Assembly (NCBI GenBank): GCA_963849325.1
Contig: CAWKHF010000007.1
Coordinates: 631,108-695,107 of the forward strand
DNA length: 64,000 nt
From: an uncultured Planctomycetota bacterium
GTDB lineage: Bacteria; Planctomycetota; Planctomycetia; Gemmatales; Gemmataceae
Reading direction: 5' to 3'
Shown piece after piece: positions 51,989 through 62,396 of this stretch. The translations under genes were made by a program, and so were the position numbers. The first letter of the stretch is position 1. The number at the start of each line of letters is the position of its first letter. The notes under the pieces are model-generated. The model was not told the DNA's origin. It saw nothing but the letters and a program-made list of their open reading frames with translations, and did no database searches.

Positions 51989-54502
51989 TCAGTTTCTCAT
52001 CGCCCTGAGCAAGCGTTCCTGGAGAATCCTCCGCTGTTCCAGGGTGCCCTGCTTTTGCAGTGCCAAATCGAACACCACCTTGCCGATCTTGCCCGTGAAG
52101 GCGAACGGCGCCTTGGCCTTGTACGTCGGGGAAACAACATCGCCGTTGTCCTTACCGATGTCCATGCCGGAATAGGTGGAGAACCGAAAGGACACGGTAT
52201 TCTCCAACTTGTTTTCCGCGACCGGTTTGCCGTTGACAAACAGCCTGCCGCTGCCGCCGGTAGCCGGCTTTCCGGGTTTGTCGGCGATAAATTCATAGCG
52301 CACGTTGATTTTGCCGGTTGGCAGTTTCTCCTTGGAAGTCAGCGTTGTTACTTGCACGCCCAGCATGCTGTACGTGAAATGCAATTTGCCGTCCTGGACA
52401 TACAACGCAAAGCCGCCCATGAGGTCGGACTCGGCCACGATCACGCCCTCCGCACCATCCTTGGGAATGTCCAGTTCGGCGCTGATGGAGTAGGAGCGGT
52501 TATAGATGTTCGGGATCATGCCCGAGGCGATATTCTCGGTGCCGGGGTAGTAGGTGAACTTCGTGCGCTCCGCGGCCGGGACCGGAAAACCGTAGAAGAG
52601 GGCCAAGCCTCCTAAGAGCGGCGTCACATGATACTTCTCCGCCTCCTCCCAGAACAGTTTTTTCAGCTCGGCCAGCTTCTCGGGATGTTTGGCGGCCAGA
52701 TCGTTGGCCTGGGAGAAGTCCTCATCGATATTGTACAGCTCCCACTTGTCTTTATCGGGATCCCAGCCGCTGCCTGGAGCGAACTTGGCGAGTTCAGCCG
52801 GATCCGCCCGCCACGGAATCCGGTCCAGCCGGGCGCAGGCGATCCAGCCGTCCTTGTACATGGCCCGGTTGCCATAGATTTCAAAATACTGCTGCGTGTG
52901 GCGGCTCTTGGCGTTGGCATCGTCAAAGGTGTACAGGAAGCTTGTCCCGTGCATGGGCATTTGTTCGATCCCATCCACCTTTTTCGGCGGGGATGCCGGT
53001 TGCCTCCAGGATGGTCGGAACCACATCGATGCAGTGGGTAAACTGCGTCCGCAGCCCACCCTTATCCTTGATGCGTTTGGGCCAGCGGACGACCATCGGA
53101 TCGCGGATGCCGCCGAAATGTGACGCGATTTGCTTGCCCCACTGGAACGGCGTATTGCCCGCCCAGCCCCAGGCACAAGCGAAGTGCGGCTGAAAGTCCG
53201 GCCCCCCCCAGGCCTCAATGCCGCCGTACTTGTCGATCAGTTTGAGCTGCTGTTCGACCGTCATGTGAATGCCGTTATGCATGGTGATTTCATTGAATGA
53301 GCCAGATTCCGTTCCCTCCATGCTGGCGCCGTTGTCGCCCCAGATGTAGAAGATCAGCGTGTTGTCGCCGAGGCCCAAGTCGTCGATCGACTGGATCACA
53401 CGGCCGATCTCACAGTCACAATTCTCCTGGAATCCGGCAAAGACCTCCATTTGACGGGCGTAGATTTTCTTCTGCTCCGCCGGCAGTTTGTCCCAGGAAG
53501 GGAAAGCCGGGTCGCGCGGCGTGAGCTTGGCATCGGCGGGAACCACGCCGAGCCGCTTCTGCCGGGCAAACGTCTCCTCGCGGAGCTTGTCCCAGCCCTG
53601 GTCGAACTTGCCCTTGTACTTGTCGGCCCACTCCTTGGGGACGTGGTGCGGAGCGTGGGCGGCGCCGGGGGCATAGTAAATAAAGAACGGCCGATCAGGA
53701 GATTGGGCTTTCTGATCGCGTATCCAGTTGATCGCTCGGTTTGCCATGTCCGTCGGGAAGTAGTAATCCTTGCCCTTGGGGACGCCGATGCAGCTGTTAT
53801 TCTGTGTGAGGACGGGATCGTACTGGCCGGTCTCGCCGCCGAGGAAGCCCCAGAAATAGTCGAACCCTAGCCCGTTCGGCCAGCGGTCGAACGGCCCCGC
53901 CGGTCCCTGTTGGTTATCCGGCGTGAGGTGCCACTTGCCGAAAGCCGCAGTCGTATAACCGTTGCCCTGAAGGATCTTACCGATACCTGCCGCGCTTTTG
54001 GGCCAGGTGGAGTTGTAGCCAGGCCAACCGCCGGCGATTTCCGCGATCGAGCCGAATCCGACGGCATGGTGATTTCGGCCCGTGAGCAGCGCGGTGCGCG
54101 TCGGCGAACAGAGTGCGGTGACGTGGAACCGATTGTAGCGCAGGCCCTCCTCGGCCATCCTTGTGAGGGTCGGCGTCTGGCAGGGACCGCCGAACGTCGA
54201 GGGATTTCCGAACCCCGCGTCGTCAACCAGAATGAGCAGCACGTTGGGCGCGTCCTGGGCGCCGTCACCGTGCGCGGGAAGTCCGGTTTGGAACCCACGA
54301 GGGTTCGCTTGGCGACGCCCTGGAAGCGGGGGTCTGGAATCGGCAGCTCGCTGCGGTCTTGACCGGCCGCTGGGGATGCTCCTTCCGGCCGTGCCGCATC
54401 GCTCCTCTGGGATGGGTTGAGCTTGCCCGAGGCCGCGGCGTAGCCGAGCAACGCGCCGGCGACAAGCACTACAAGCATCTGAACCTTCGGGTTTCTCAGC
54501 AT
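51989..54502 (-). CDS. Arylsulfatase; two frameshifts near 54260 and 52975
   Basis: PNVLLILVDD, CSPTR FGly motif, GKWH, GDNG, WELYNIDEDFSQ. Confidence 0.93.
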
Positions 54503-54675
54503 CTTGTCTCTCCGGATGGAGCCTCCCGGTCCTTGCCGGACGGGCAGGGGTGTTCCTTGAACCGGCTGTAACGACGGTTGTGGCTATCAAGGATAGTAGG
54601 AGCCGTAGCGAGAAGCATACCGGTACGCATCTCCTTGGAGGGGAACCCTAGCGAGCGAAGCAATCCGCGGCGAAA

Positions 54676-55749
54676 TTAGCGGCGGGCAACGCCGCCCGCC
54701 ATCTGGGCGATGCCCACGTCGTAATCCACCAGCGACCGATGCAGCGACGTGTAATACGGCTCATCCCCGGAGGTAGCGGGAGCGAAACGCAATCCCTGTT
54801 GCGTCATCTGCTTGACCAGATCGGCCGCCGTTGAGCCTTGCGCCGTCCAGTTGGGTTTGAAGTACTTGGCCACATCGCTTTGCTGCAAAACCTGGTAGGA
54901 GGACTTCAATTCGCGCGTGTAGCGCGATGCTTGGACAAACTGTGTCGGCGACAACGACTCGACGCGGCCATCTATCGCGGTTTGCAGTGCTTTGAGGGAT
55001 TGGCCGATGCTGTCGAGCAGGCCGATCTCAACTTCGCCGGAGGATGCCTGCTTGACCGCCTTCTGAATCTGCTCGTCAATCGTTTTCCGCTCCGCATCGA
55101 ACGACGGTTGCCGCAGCACGGCGGGCCATGTCAGTTTGCCGCCGTCTCGAAGCAGGCCGACCCCTCCATAGGTGGTGCCGGTCGTTAGGTTGACGTGTCG
55201 CAAGACCTCGTAAGAAAGCGGGACCTCCGGGCCTTTCAGTCCGTGCGACTGTCCATCTTTGATCGCGCGGAAGAGGTCGTTGAGGGCGCCGCCGGACCAG
55301 ATTTCGGTGAGCGGCGGGTTGTTGCGCGCGCGCTGGAGGCTCTTCATCAAATCCTTTTGGCGCAATTGCTCCGGGTCCGGCATCTGCGCCAGTTCGTACT
55401 GGCGTTCGTCCAAGGTCGCCCGGCGCGTTTTCAGGGCGGAGCGGCGAGCTTGTTCCCGAGTCAGTTTGGCTTGCTGGATGGTCTCCTGATACTGGGCGTT
55501 GGCGGTTGTTATGTTAGCCGCCCCATTCATGTAACCCTGATACGGAGTTTGTCTCACGGTGGTGGGACCATACCCATAACCGCCGCCATAGACTCCCAGG
55601 GCGGCGGGGTTGTACCCTCCCGCGCCGGGCAGCGGAGGAGGCCCGGCGGTCCCGCTTCCGCCGTAGAACTGCCCGCGAGCGGGCAGCGCCAGGAAACTTG
55701 CCGTCAGAACAGCAAACCACGGTATCCGGTGGATCGGGGTTTGAGACAC
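54676..55749 (-). CDS. Hypothetical secreted planctomycete protein
   Basis: Signal peptide, G/Y-rich N-terminus, EIWSGGALN, GLRFAPA. Confidence 0.75.
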   Translation of the reverse strand: MSQTPIHRIPWFAVLTASFLALPARGQFYGGSGTAGPPPLPGAGGYNPAALGVYGGGYGYGPTTVRQTPYQGYMNGAANITTANAQYQETIQQAKLTREQARRSALKTRRATLDERQYELAQMPDPEQLRQKDLMKSLQRARNNPPLTEIWSGGALNDLFRAIKDGQSHGLKGPEVPLSYEVLRHVNLTTGTTYGGVGLLRDGGKLTWPAVLRQPSFDAERKTIDEQIQKAVKQASSGEVEIGLLDSIGQSLKALQTAIDGRVESLSPTQFVQASRYTRELKSSYQVLQQSDVAKYFKPNWTAQGSTAADLVKQMTQQGLRFAPATSGDEPYYTSLHRSLVDYDVGIAQMAGGVARR

Positions 55750-55790
55750 GTTGGGGCCTCCAAAAAGTCACAAACGATATCCGTTTCGGC

Positions 55791-57112
55791 TCAGTTGCGA
55801 CTACTCTTGGGCGGCAGTTCGCCCTTGGCGAGCAGGTCGTCGATCAGTTTTTTCCACTCCTCGCGGGCCTTCTCGCGATCCTTCTTCGCATCCAAGGGGT
55901 TGTAGGCGAACCTCTTGCCAGCCGGCACGAGACGGACGAGATGCCAGTGGGCCAGGCCACGAATTCCAAAGGAGTCATGCTCGAGGTACGTGATGAGCAT
56001 CTTGTACAGCTCCGGCTGGGCCAGATCCTCATCGCCGAAACTGTGCAGCAGTTCCAGGATGGTCCGGGCCTGGACCGGCGGAACCTTGCGTATCTCAACC
56101 AGGCGCCGGTAAAGGAGTTGGTCCTGTCCGGGTCCGCGCCCAGCCAGTTGCGCAGCACCACCACGGCTCGGTCCCAGGTATCGGGATATTTGGTCTCGGT
56201 GAAGACCTTGTACATGCCATCCCCATCATCGGTGGCCCCCATGATGATGACGCCTAAGGCTCGATGATTGGCATCCTCCGAGGTCGCAAAAGTCGCCGCG
56301 GCTTTCGGCAACGAGGTCTTGAGCACTTCGGAACGGAATTCGTTGAGGACCTTCTTCACCATCCGGGCGCGCTCGGTGTTGGACTCGTTGTTGTTCGCCC
56401 AGGCGGGGAGTTCCTCGAGTTTTTCGGGGATTTCATACTCCTGTCCCTGGTTGTCCCAGTGCAGAAGGGCCGGACCCGGCGGCGCCGCCAGGGCGTGCTC
56501 GACGGCCCCATGAACGAGATCGACGCGGCCGTGCAGAACGAGGAACACCAAATCCGAGGCCGGCACGTCCTTCGGTCCCGGCTTCAGGGTGAACGGTACG
56601 CCTTTGGGCCAGCGGCCGTACAACTCCAGGGCGATGCGTGTGCCCGGCTCCTGGAGGGTTGCCTCCCACATCTGGCCGTGGAAGCGGATGCGCACGCGGA
56701 CGGCCCCCTCTTTTTTGAGGTTGCGAACATCCACGCGCCCCCGATCGAGCGTGAAATCCAGGTCGAAACCCGGACTATCGTGCAAGATCACCGCGGCTTC
56801 GAGGATGGGATAAGGAGAGTTTCGATCCAAGTCCGTCAGCAGAGTCAGGCGAACCGTGTCCTTCTCGGTCTGCACGGTCGCTCCGGGAAGACCGAATAAC
56901 AAATCGCCGGCGCGCACCATGCCCTTGGCCGGCACCGTTTCCCAAGGTTGGCCGAACTTGGTACGCGCAAACAGAGTGCCTTCCGGCGAGGTCAGCTTTC
57001 CGACTCCTGGAGCTTGCGCCGCGGCCGAAGACGGCTCCGCTTGGGTCAATCCATTCCAGCCCAACAAAAACACCGTGACCATCACGAAAGAAATGAGTTT
57101 GCGCATCGGCAT
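55791..57112 (-). CDS. Hypothetical secreted protein; frameshift near 56130
   Basis: Signal peptide; reading continues into the ORF ending at 55791. Confidence 0.7.
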
Positions 57113-57178
57113 ACCTCCTCGGTGGGAAGGAAGAACGAACGCAAACCATGTCTGCGTGAATTCTCCCTTCGGCGCCGT

Positions 57179-57985
57179 TTATCGCTCGGACGAGGCGGAG
57201 TGGACGGAAAGGGGAAAGGACATCTTCGCTTTTTTGCCGCTGATCTGATCGCGGGCGAGCAGTTCGATCGTGAACTTGCCGGGCCGGTTGAGCGACAGCG
57301 GGAAGGCCATCGGTAAGCCGGACTGTTTCTCCGTCACATCCTTGTTGACCGTGTTGGTTGTGGGCTTGGCCAAGATCGGCTTGCCGTCCTCATCCAACAC
57401 GCGGATCTCGAAAACGACGTTGGGTTGCTTGGCGGCGCGATCGCGCTCGAAACCCACGGCGCTGCAATGTACCCAGACTCCTTGCCCGCAGGCGAAGGCG
57501 ATCAGGGGATACTGCGCATCCACATCCACACTTAACTCGGCTCTGACGAGAGCGAAGTCTTTCGGCAGCACCTTGACGGTTCGCGACACGCTCTTTTCTT
57601 TTCCGGATGCCAGATCCTTGACGAGGATCTTGAATCCATAGTCTCCGGCCGGTGCATCGAGACCGACGCTGAAATAGGCGTAGGCGGAAACGCGATTGCC
57701 GCCCAGAGATACTTTCGTTTCGGAGTTTTGCGGCCGCTGCTTGAACAGTACTCTGCCGTCGGAAGCGCTAATTTCGATGGTGGTGCTGTAACGCACCTTG
57801 CCGTCCTCATCCGCGGTGATGCCTTCGATGTCGAAGCACACAAACAGCATATCGCCTGGATAGAGTGTGTCGTTGGGGCGCTGAGGACCGAGCAATCCGT
57901 GGGTCGAGCGCACGTGGGTCAGCGCCAGGTCCGTTTGAGCCGGTGTCAGATTGAGTGTGGATAGCAGCGCCAGGGTCGTCCACAT
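57179..57985 (-). CDS. Hypothetical secreted protein with two beta-sandwich-like repeats
   Basis: MWTTLALL signal; repeated G-x-Y/F-x-F/I-x-x-x-x-D-x-x-S-G-K motif. Confidence 0.75.
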   Translation of the reverse strand: MWTTLALLSTLNLTPAQTDLALTHVRSTHGLLGPQRPNDTLYPGDMLFVCFDIEGITADEDGKVRYSTTIEISASDGRVLFKQRPQNSETKVSLGGNRVSAYAYFSVGLDAPAGDYGFKILVKDLASGKEKSVSRTVKVLPKDFALVRAELSVDVDAQYPLIAFACGQGVWVHCSAVGFERDRAAKQPNVVFEIRVLDEDGKPILAKPTTNTVNKDVTEKQSGLPMAFPLSLNRPGKFTIELLARDQISGKKAKMSFPLSVHSASSER

Positions 57986-58183
57986 GATGAGAAGCTCCTC
58001 CATTGGAGACAGCGACGAAAGCACCATGCCAAGAGCCAGCGATCGCGCGAGGGGCTTGCCACTCCAGGTTCTCTTGGCCGAGACGATGGTTAGAAATGGC
58101 GAAAGTATTCTACAAAGGCATACGTGCTGAGGCTAATGAGTTTTTGGAGTTCCCCGGTGTCGTAATTCTTCGACCGATTCGCC

Positions 58184-58214
58184 CTCGTTCGCACGCTCCG
58201 AGCTTGGGAACGAG
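58184..58214. repeat. Degenerate REP-like hairpin
   Basis: ctcgttcgcacgctccgagcttgggaacgag. Confidence 0.55.
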
Positions 58215-58439
58215 AGCCGTGGCGAGGGCAAACCGGAGCGGGGACGTCCGTTCCCTGCGACCCGGCAAGGTGGCCGACCGATCGCGCGTCCGCGCCAACA
58301 CGATTCCTCGTCTTCGGCACGGCCCTTGCGTGTATTCGGCGTAACGATTCCACCCCAGCCGGGTCCGAGCGTCCGTCGTTTCGCAGGAGCGGATTGTGTC
58401 CAAGCCCCAGCCGCCGCCGTGGGAAGGCGGCGACATCAT

Positions 58440-60197
58440 CGAGCCCAGGCGCAGGCAGCCTTGATCGAGGAACAAACGCGCCTGGCGGCGTTCGGTCGAG
58501 ACGTCGGCCTGGCCCTCAATCAGATCGAGACCCTGCCCAACATGCTGCGTCGTTGTGCCGAGGCGATGGTGCAACAGCTGCGCGGAGCGTTCGCCCGCAT
58601 CTGGACGCTGAACGAAACCGAGTCCGTCCTGGAGCTGCAAGCCAGCGCCGGGATGTATACCCACCTGGATGGAGGCCACGCTCGTGTGCCGGTCGGTCGC
58701 TTCAAGATTGGCCTGATCGCCGGCGAGCGCCGCCCCCACCTGACCAATGCGGTCCTCGGCGATCCGCGCGTCCACGATCAGGAATGGGCCCGCCGCGAGG
58801 GGATGGTCAGCTTCGCGGGCTATCCGTTGTTGGTCGAAGAGCGCGTGGTCGGCGTCATGGCGATGTTCGCTCGTCAACCCCTGTCGGCGGCGACCCTGCA
58901 AGCGATGTCCTCCGTGGCCAACAGCATCGCCCTGGGCATCGAACGCAAACACGCCGAGGAGAAGCTGCGCGAACAGCGCGAACGCTTTCGACTGCTGGCC
59001 GACTCCATCCCGCAGCTGGCATGGATGGCGCGGCCGGACGGCCACATTTTTTGGTACAACAAACGCTGGTACGACTACACCGGCACAACGCCGGAGCAAA
59101 TGGAAGGCTGGGGCTGGCAGTCGGTACACGATCCCAACGAACTGCCGCGCGTCCTGGACAAGCTCAAGGCGTCGTTCGCCAGCGGGGAACCGTGGGAGGA
59201 CACTTTTCCGCTGCGACGGCATGACGGGGCCATGCGCTGGCACCTGTCGCGGATGGTATCGGTACGCGACGAGCAGGGGCGGATCGTCCGCTGGTTCGGC
59301 ACCAACACCGACATCACCGAACATCGGCAAATGGAGGAAGATTTGCGGCGGGCGCGCGAACTGCTCGAAGCGCGGGTCCGAGAGAGGACCGCCGAGCTGA
59401 TGGCGGCCATCGATGCCTTGCAGGACGAGGTCCGGGAGCGCAAGGAGGCCGAGCAGAAGGCCGAGGCGTTCGCCGCCGAGTTGCAGCGCAGCAACCGCGA
59501 GCTGGAGCAGTTCGCCTCGGTGGCCTCGCACGATTTGCAGGAGCCGCTGCGGAAGATCCAGGCGTTCGGCGATCGTTTGCAGGCGCACTGCGGCGAAGGG
59601 CTGGGAGAGGTCGGACAGGATTACCTGGAGCGCATGCGCTCGGCGGCCGCCCGTATGAGCACGCTCATCAACGACCTGCTGGCCTTCTCGCGCGTGACCA
59701 CGCGGGCGCAGCCGTTCGTGCGGATGGACCTCGACAGGGAGGCCCGGCAAGTCGTATCCGACCTCGAAGGCCGCATCCAGGAGACCGGCGGACGGGTGGA
59801 AGTGGGGCCGCTGCCGAGCCTGCACGCCGATCCGATGCAGATGCGGCAACTGCTGCAGAACTTGATTGGCAATGGCCTGAAGTTCCATCGGCCGGAGGAG
59901 CCGCCCGTCGTCCAGGTGGAAGGCCGGGTTCGGGCCGGCGCGGGAGGAGAGTTCTGCGAGATTACCGTGCGCGACAACGGCATCGGCTTCGAGGAGAAGT
60001 ACCTGGATCGCATTTTCGAGCTGTTTCAGCGGCTGCATAGCCGTAGTGAGTACGAGGGCACGGGCATCGGCCTGGCCATTTGTCGCAAGATCGTCGAACG
60101 GCACGGCGGCACGATCGCGGCCCACAGCGCACCGGGGCAGGGAGCGACGTTCCTCGTGACGCTGCCGCTGCATCCAACCGAGGAAAGGACGTTATGA
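58440..60197 (+). CDS. GAF-PAS sensor histidine kinase; start uncertain, possibly 5'-truncated
   Basis: GAF (FARIWTLN, SFAGYPL), PAS (WYDYTG, VHDP), ASHDLQEPLRKI, NLIGNGLKF, DNGIG, GTGIGL. Confidence 0.88.
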   Translation, partial: RAQAQAALIEEQTRLAAFGRDVGLALNQIETLPNMLRRCAEAMVQQLRGAFARIWTLNETESVLELQASAGMYTHLDGGHARVPVGRFKIGLIAGERRPHLTNAVLGDPRVHDQEWARREGMVSFAGYPLLVEERVVGVMAMFARQPLSAATLQAMSSVANSIALGIERKHAEEKLREQRERFRLLADSIPQLAWMARPDGHIFWYNKRWYDYTGTTPEQMEGWGWQSVHDPNELPRVLDKLKASFASGEPWEDTFPLRRHDGAMRWHLSRMVSVRDEQGRIVRWFGTNTDITEHRQMEEDLRRARELLEARVRERTAELMAAIDALQDEVRERKEAEQKAEAFAAELQRSNRELEQFASVASHDLQEPLRKIQAFGDRLQAHCGEGLGEVGQDYLERMRSAAARMSTLINDLLAFSRVTTRAQPFVRMDLDREARQVVSDLEGRIQETGGRVEVGPLPSLHADPMQMRQLLQNLIGNGLKFHRPEEPPVVQVEGRVRAGAGGEFCEITVRDNGIGFEEKYLDRIFELFQRLHSRSEYEGTGIGLAICRKIVERHGGTIAAHSAPGQGATFLVTLPLHPTEERTL

Positions 60198-60655
60198 GCC
60201 GAGCGCCGAAACCGATCACCATCCTGATGGCCGACGACGACGCCGACGACCGGCTCATGACCCGCGAGGCGTTCGAGGAGAGCCGGCTGGGCAACGACCT
60301 GCGCTTCGTCGAGGACGGCGAGGAGCTGATGGACTACCTTCAGCGGCGGGGCCAGTACAGCGACCCGGCCAGCTCGCCGCGTCCGGGCCTGATCCTCCTG
60401 GACCTGAACATGCCCAAAAAGGACGGCCGCGAAGCCCTGCGCGAGATCAAGGCGGACTCGCACCTGAAGAACATCCGCGTCGTCGTCCTGACAACGTCCA
60501 AGGCGGAGGAGGACATCTATCGCACTTACGATCTTAGCGCCGCCTCGTACATCACCAAGCCCGTGACCTTCGAGGCGCTGGTCGAAGTCATCCGGGCCGT
60601 GGGCAAGTACTGGCTGGAGATCGTCGAACTCCCCGGCGAGGGAGAGGGATTGTGA
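60194..60655 (+). CDS. Single-domain response regulator (Rcp1-like)
   Basis: MADDD, LLDLNMPKKDG, LTTS, YITKP. Confidence 0.93.
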   Translation: MSRAPKPITILMADDDADDRLMTREAFEESRLGNDLRFVEDGEELMDYLQRRGQYSDPASSPRPGLILLDLNMPKKDGREALREIKADSHLKNIRVVVLTTSKAEEDIYRTYDLSAASYITKPVTFEALVEVIRAVGKYWLEIVELPGEGEGL

Positions 60656-62302
60656 ATGGGGGAAGAGGGCCGGCTGCGTGTGCTGATGGTCGAGGACGAT
60701 GAGGACGATTACGTCCTCACCCGCGACCTGCTGGCGGAGATACCGGGCCGTCCATTCGAACTGGAATGGGCGCCCAGTTACGACGCCGGCCTGGAGGCGC
60801 TGCGCCAGGACCGCCACGACGTCTACCTGTTCGATTACCGTCTCGGCCGGCACGACGGCCTGGAACTTCTGAACGAAGCCGTGTCGCGGCGGTGCAAAGG
60901 CCCCGTCATTCTGCTGACCGGACAGGGCGAGCGGGAGGTGGACCTGCAGGCCATGAAGGCCGGAGCCGCCGACTACCTACTCAAGGGCAAGATCGATGCC
61001 GCCCTGCTGGAGCGCTCGATGCGCTATGCCATCGAGCGCCAGCGTTACCAGGACGCTCTGCGGCGGATGCAAACCGAGCTGGAAGACCGTGTCCTGGAGC
61101 GGACGGCCGACCTGGAGAGGACCAACGAGGAATTACGCGCCGAGATCCAGCAGCGGCGGCGGGCCGAGGAGAAGCTGCGCCTGGCCGACCAGCGCAAGGA
61201 CGAGTTTTTGGCCATGCTGGCCCACGAGCTGCGCAACCCGTTGGCTCCCATCCGCAACGCGCTGCACATCATCAGCATGCGTGGTCCCGAGCGCCGTCAG
61301 GGCGTGCGCCAGGCCTGGGAGATCATCGACCGTCAGATGGAGCACCTGGTCCGGCTGGTCGATGATCTGCTCGACGTGAGCCGGATCACGCGCGGCAAGA
61401 TCAACCTGCAAAAGGAACCGCTGGACGTGGCCACCGTCGTCAGCCGGGCCGTCGAGGGCAGCCGGCCTCTGATGGATGAGCGGCGGCATACGCTGCGCGT
61501 CACGATGCCCTCCGACGCCGGACGAGTGGAGGGCGATCCGGTGCGGCTGGCCCAGGTGTTGTGGAACCTGCTCAACAACGCCGCCAAGTATACGCCGGAG
61601 GGCGGACAGGTCTGGTTGACCGTCGAGAAGGGACAGGGCGAGGTCGTCCTCCGGGTGCGCGACAGCGGCATGGGCATCCCAGTGGAAATCTTGCCGCAGG
61701 TCTTCGATCTGTTCACGCAGGGCGAGCGGACGCTGGACCGGGCCGAGGGCGGCCTGGGCATCGGCCTGACGCTGGTACGGCAGTTGACCGAAATGCACGA
61801 CGGCACCGTCGAGGCGTTCAGCGCGGGACCGGGCCGGGGCAGCGAGTTCGTGGTACGGCTGCCGCTGTTGCTGGAGAGCGGCGCGACCCCTGCCGCCGAT
61901 GGGCGGATCGCGGAAGAGGGACACGGCCGGCCGTCCGCTCCGCGCCGCATCCTCGTCGTGGACGACAATCGGGACTCGGCCGAGAGCCTCGCCACGCTGC
62001 TGCGGCTGATCGGCAACGAGGTGCGCACCGCGCACGACGGCCGGCAGGCGCTGGAAGTGGCGGCCCAACAGCAGCCCGACATGGTGCTGCTCGACATCGG
62101 CCTGCCGGAACTGAACGGCTACGAGGTGGCGCGCCGCTTGCGCACGGAGCCGGGTTACGGTCGGGCCGTGCTGGTGGCCCTGACCGGCTACGGCGGCGAG
62201 GAGGACCGTCGCCGCTCCCTCTCCGCCGGGTTCGATCATCACATGGTCAAGCCGGTGGACTTCGACGCCTTGCAAACGCTGCTGGCCTCGATCCAACAAT
62301 GA
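60656..62302 (+). CDS. Hybrid REC-histidine kinase-REC protein
   Basis: VEDDED, AHELRNPL, NLLNNAAKY, GLGIGL, LLDIGLP. Confidence 0.95.
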   Translation: MGEEGRLRVLMVEDDEDDYVLTRDLLAEIPGRPFELEWAPSYDAGLEALRQDRHDVYLFDYRLGRHDGLELLNEAVSRRCKGPVILLTGQGEREVDLQAMKAGAADYLLKGKIDAALLERSMRYAIERQRYQDALRRMQTELEDRVLERTADLERTNEELRAEIQQRRRAEEKLRLADQRKDEFLAMLAHELRNPLAPIRNALHIISMRGPERRQGVRQAWEIIDRQMEHLVRLVDDLLDVSRITRGKINLQKEPLDVATVVSRAVEGSRPLMDERRHTLRVTMPSDAGRVEGDPVRLAQVLWNLLNNAAKYTPEGGQVWLTVEKGQGEVVLRVRDSGMGIPVEILPQVFDLFTQGERTLDRAEGGLGIGLTLVRQLTEMHDGTVEAFSAGPGRGSEFVVRLPLLLESGATPAADGRIAEEGHGRPSAPRRILVVDDNRDSAESLATLLRLIGNEVRTAHDGRQALEVAAQQQPDMVLLDIGLPELNGYEVARRLRTEPGYGRAVLVALTGYGGEEDRRRSLSAGFDHHMVKPVDFDALQTLLASIQQ

Positions 62303-62314
62303 ACACCCAATGCC

Positions 62315-62373
62315 GTTTAGCCGCGACGCGCAGCGGAGCGCGGCACGCGCTCCGCTGCGCGTCGCGGCTAAAC
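62315..62373. repeat. REP family A hairpin, copy 3, between convergent genes
   Basis: gtttagccgcgacgcgcagcggagcgcg gca cgcgctccgctgcgcgtcgcggctaaac. Confidence 0.92.
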
Positions 62374-62396
62374 AAGAAATAACTCATGGACGAATC

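Noticed and set aside
58110-60173. Long antisense ORFs (also 5047-6663, 23810-25405, 38309-40177)
   Set aside because: These are shadow frames of high-GC genes that have clear motifs on the opposite strand.
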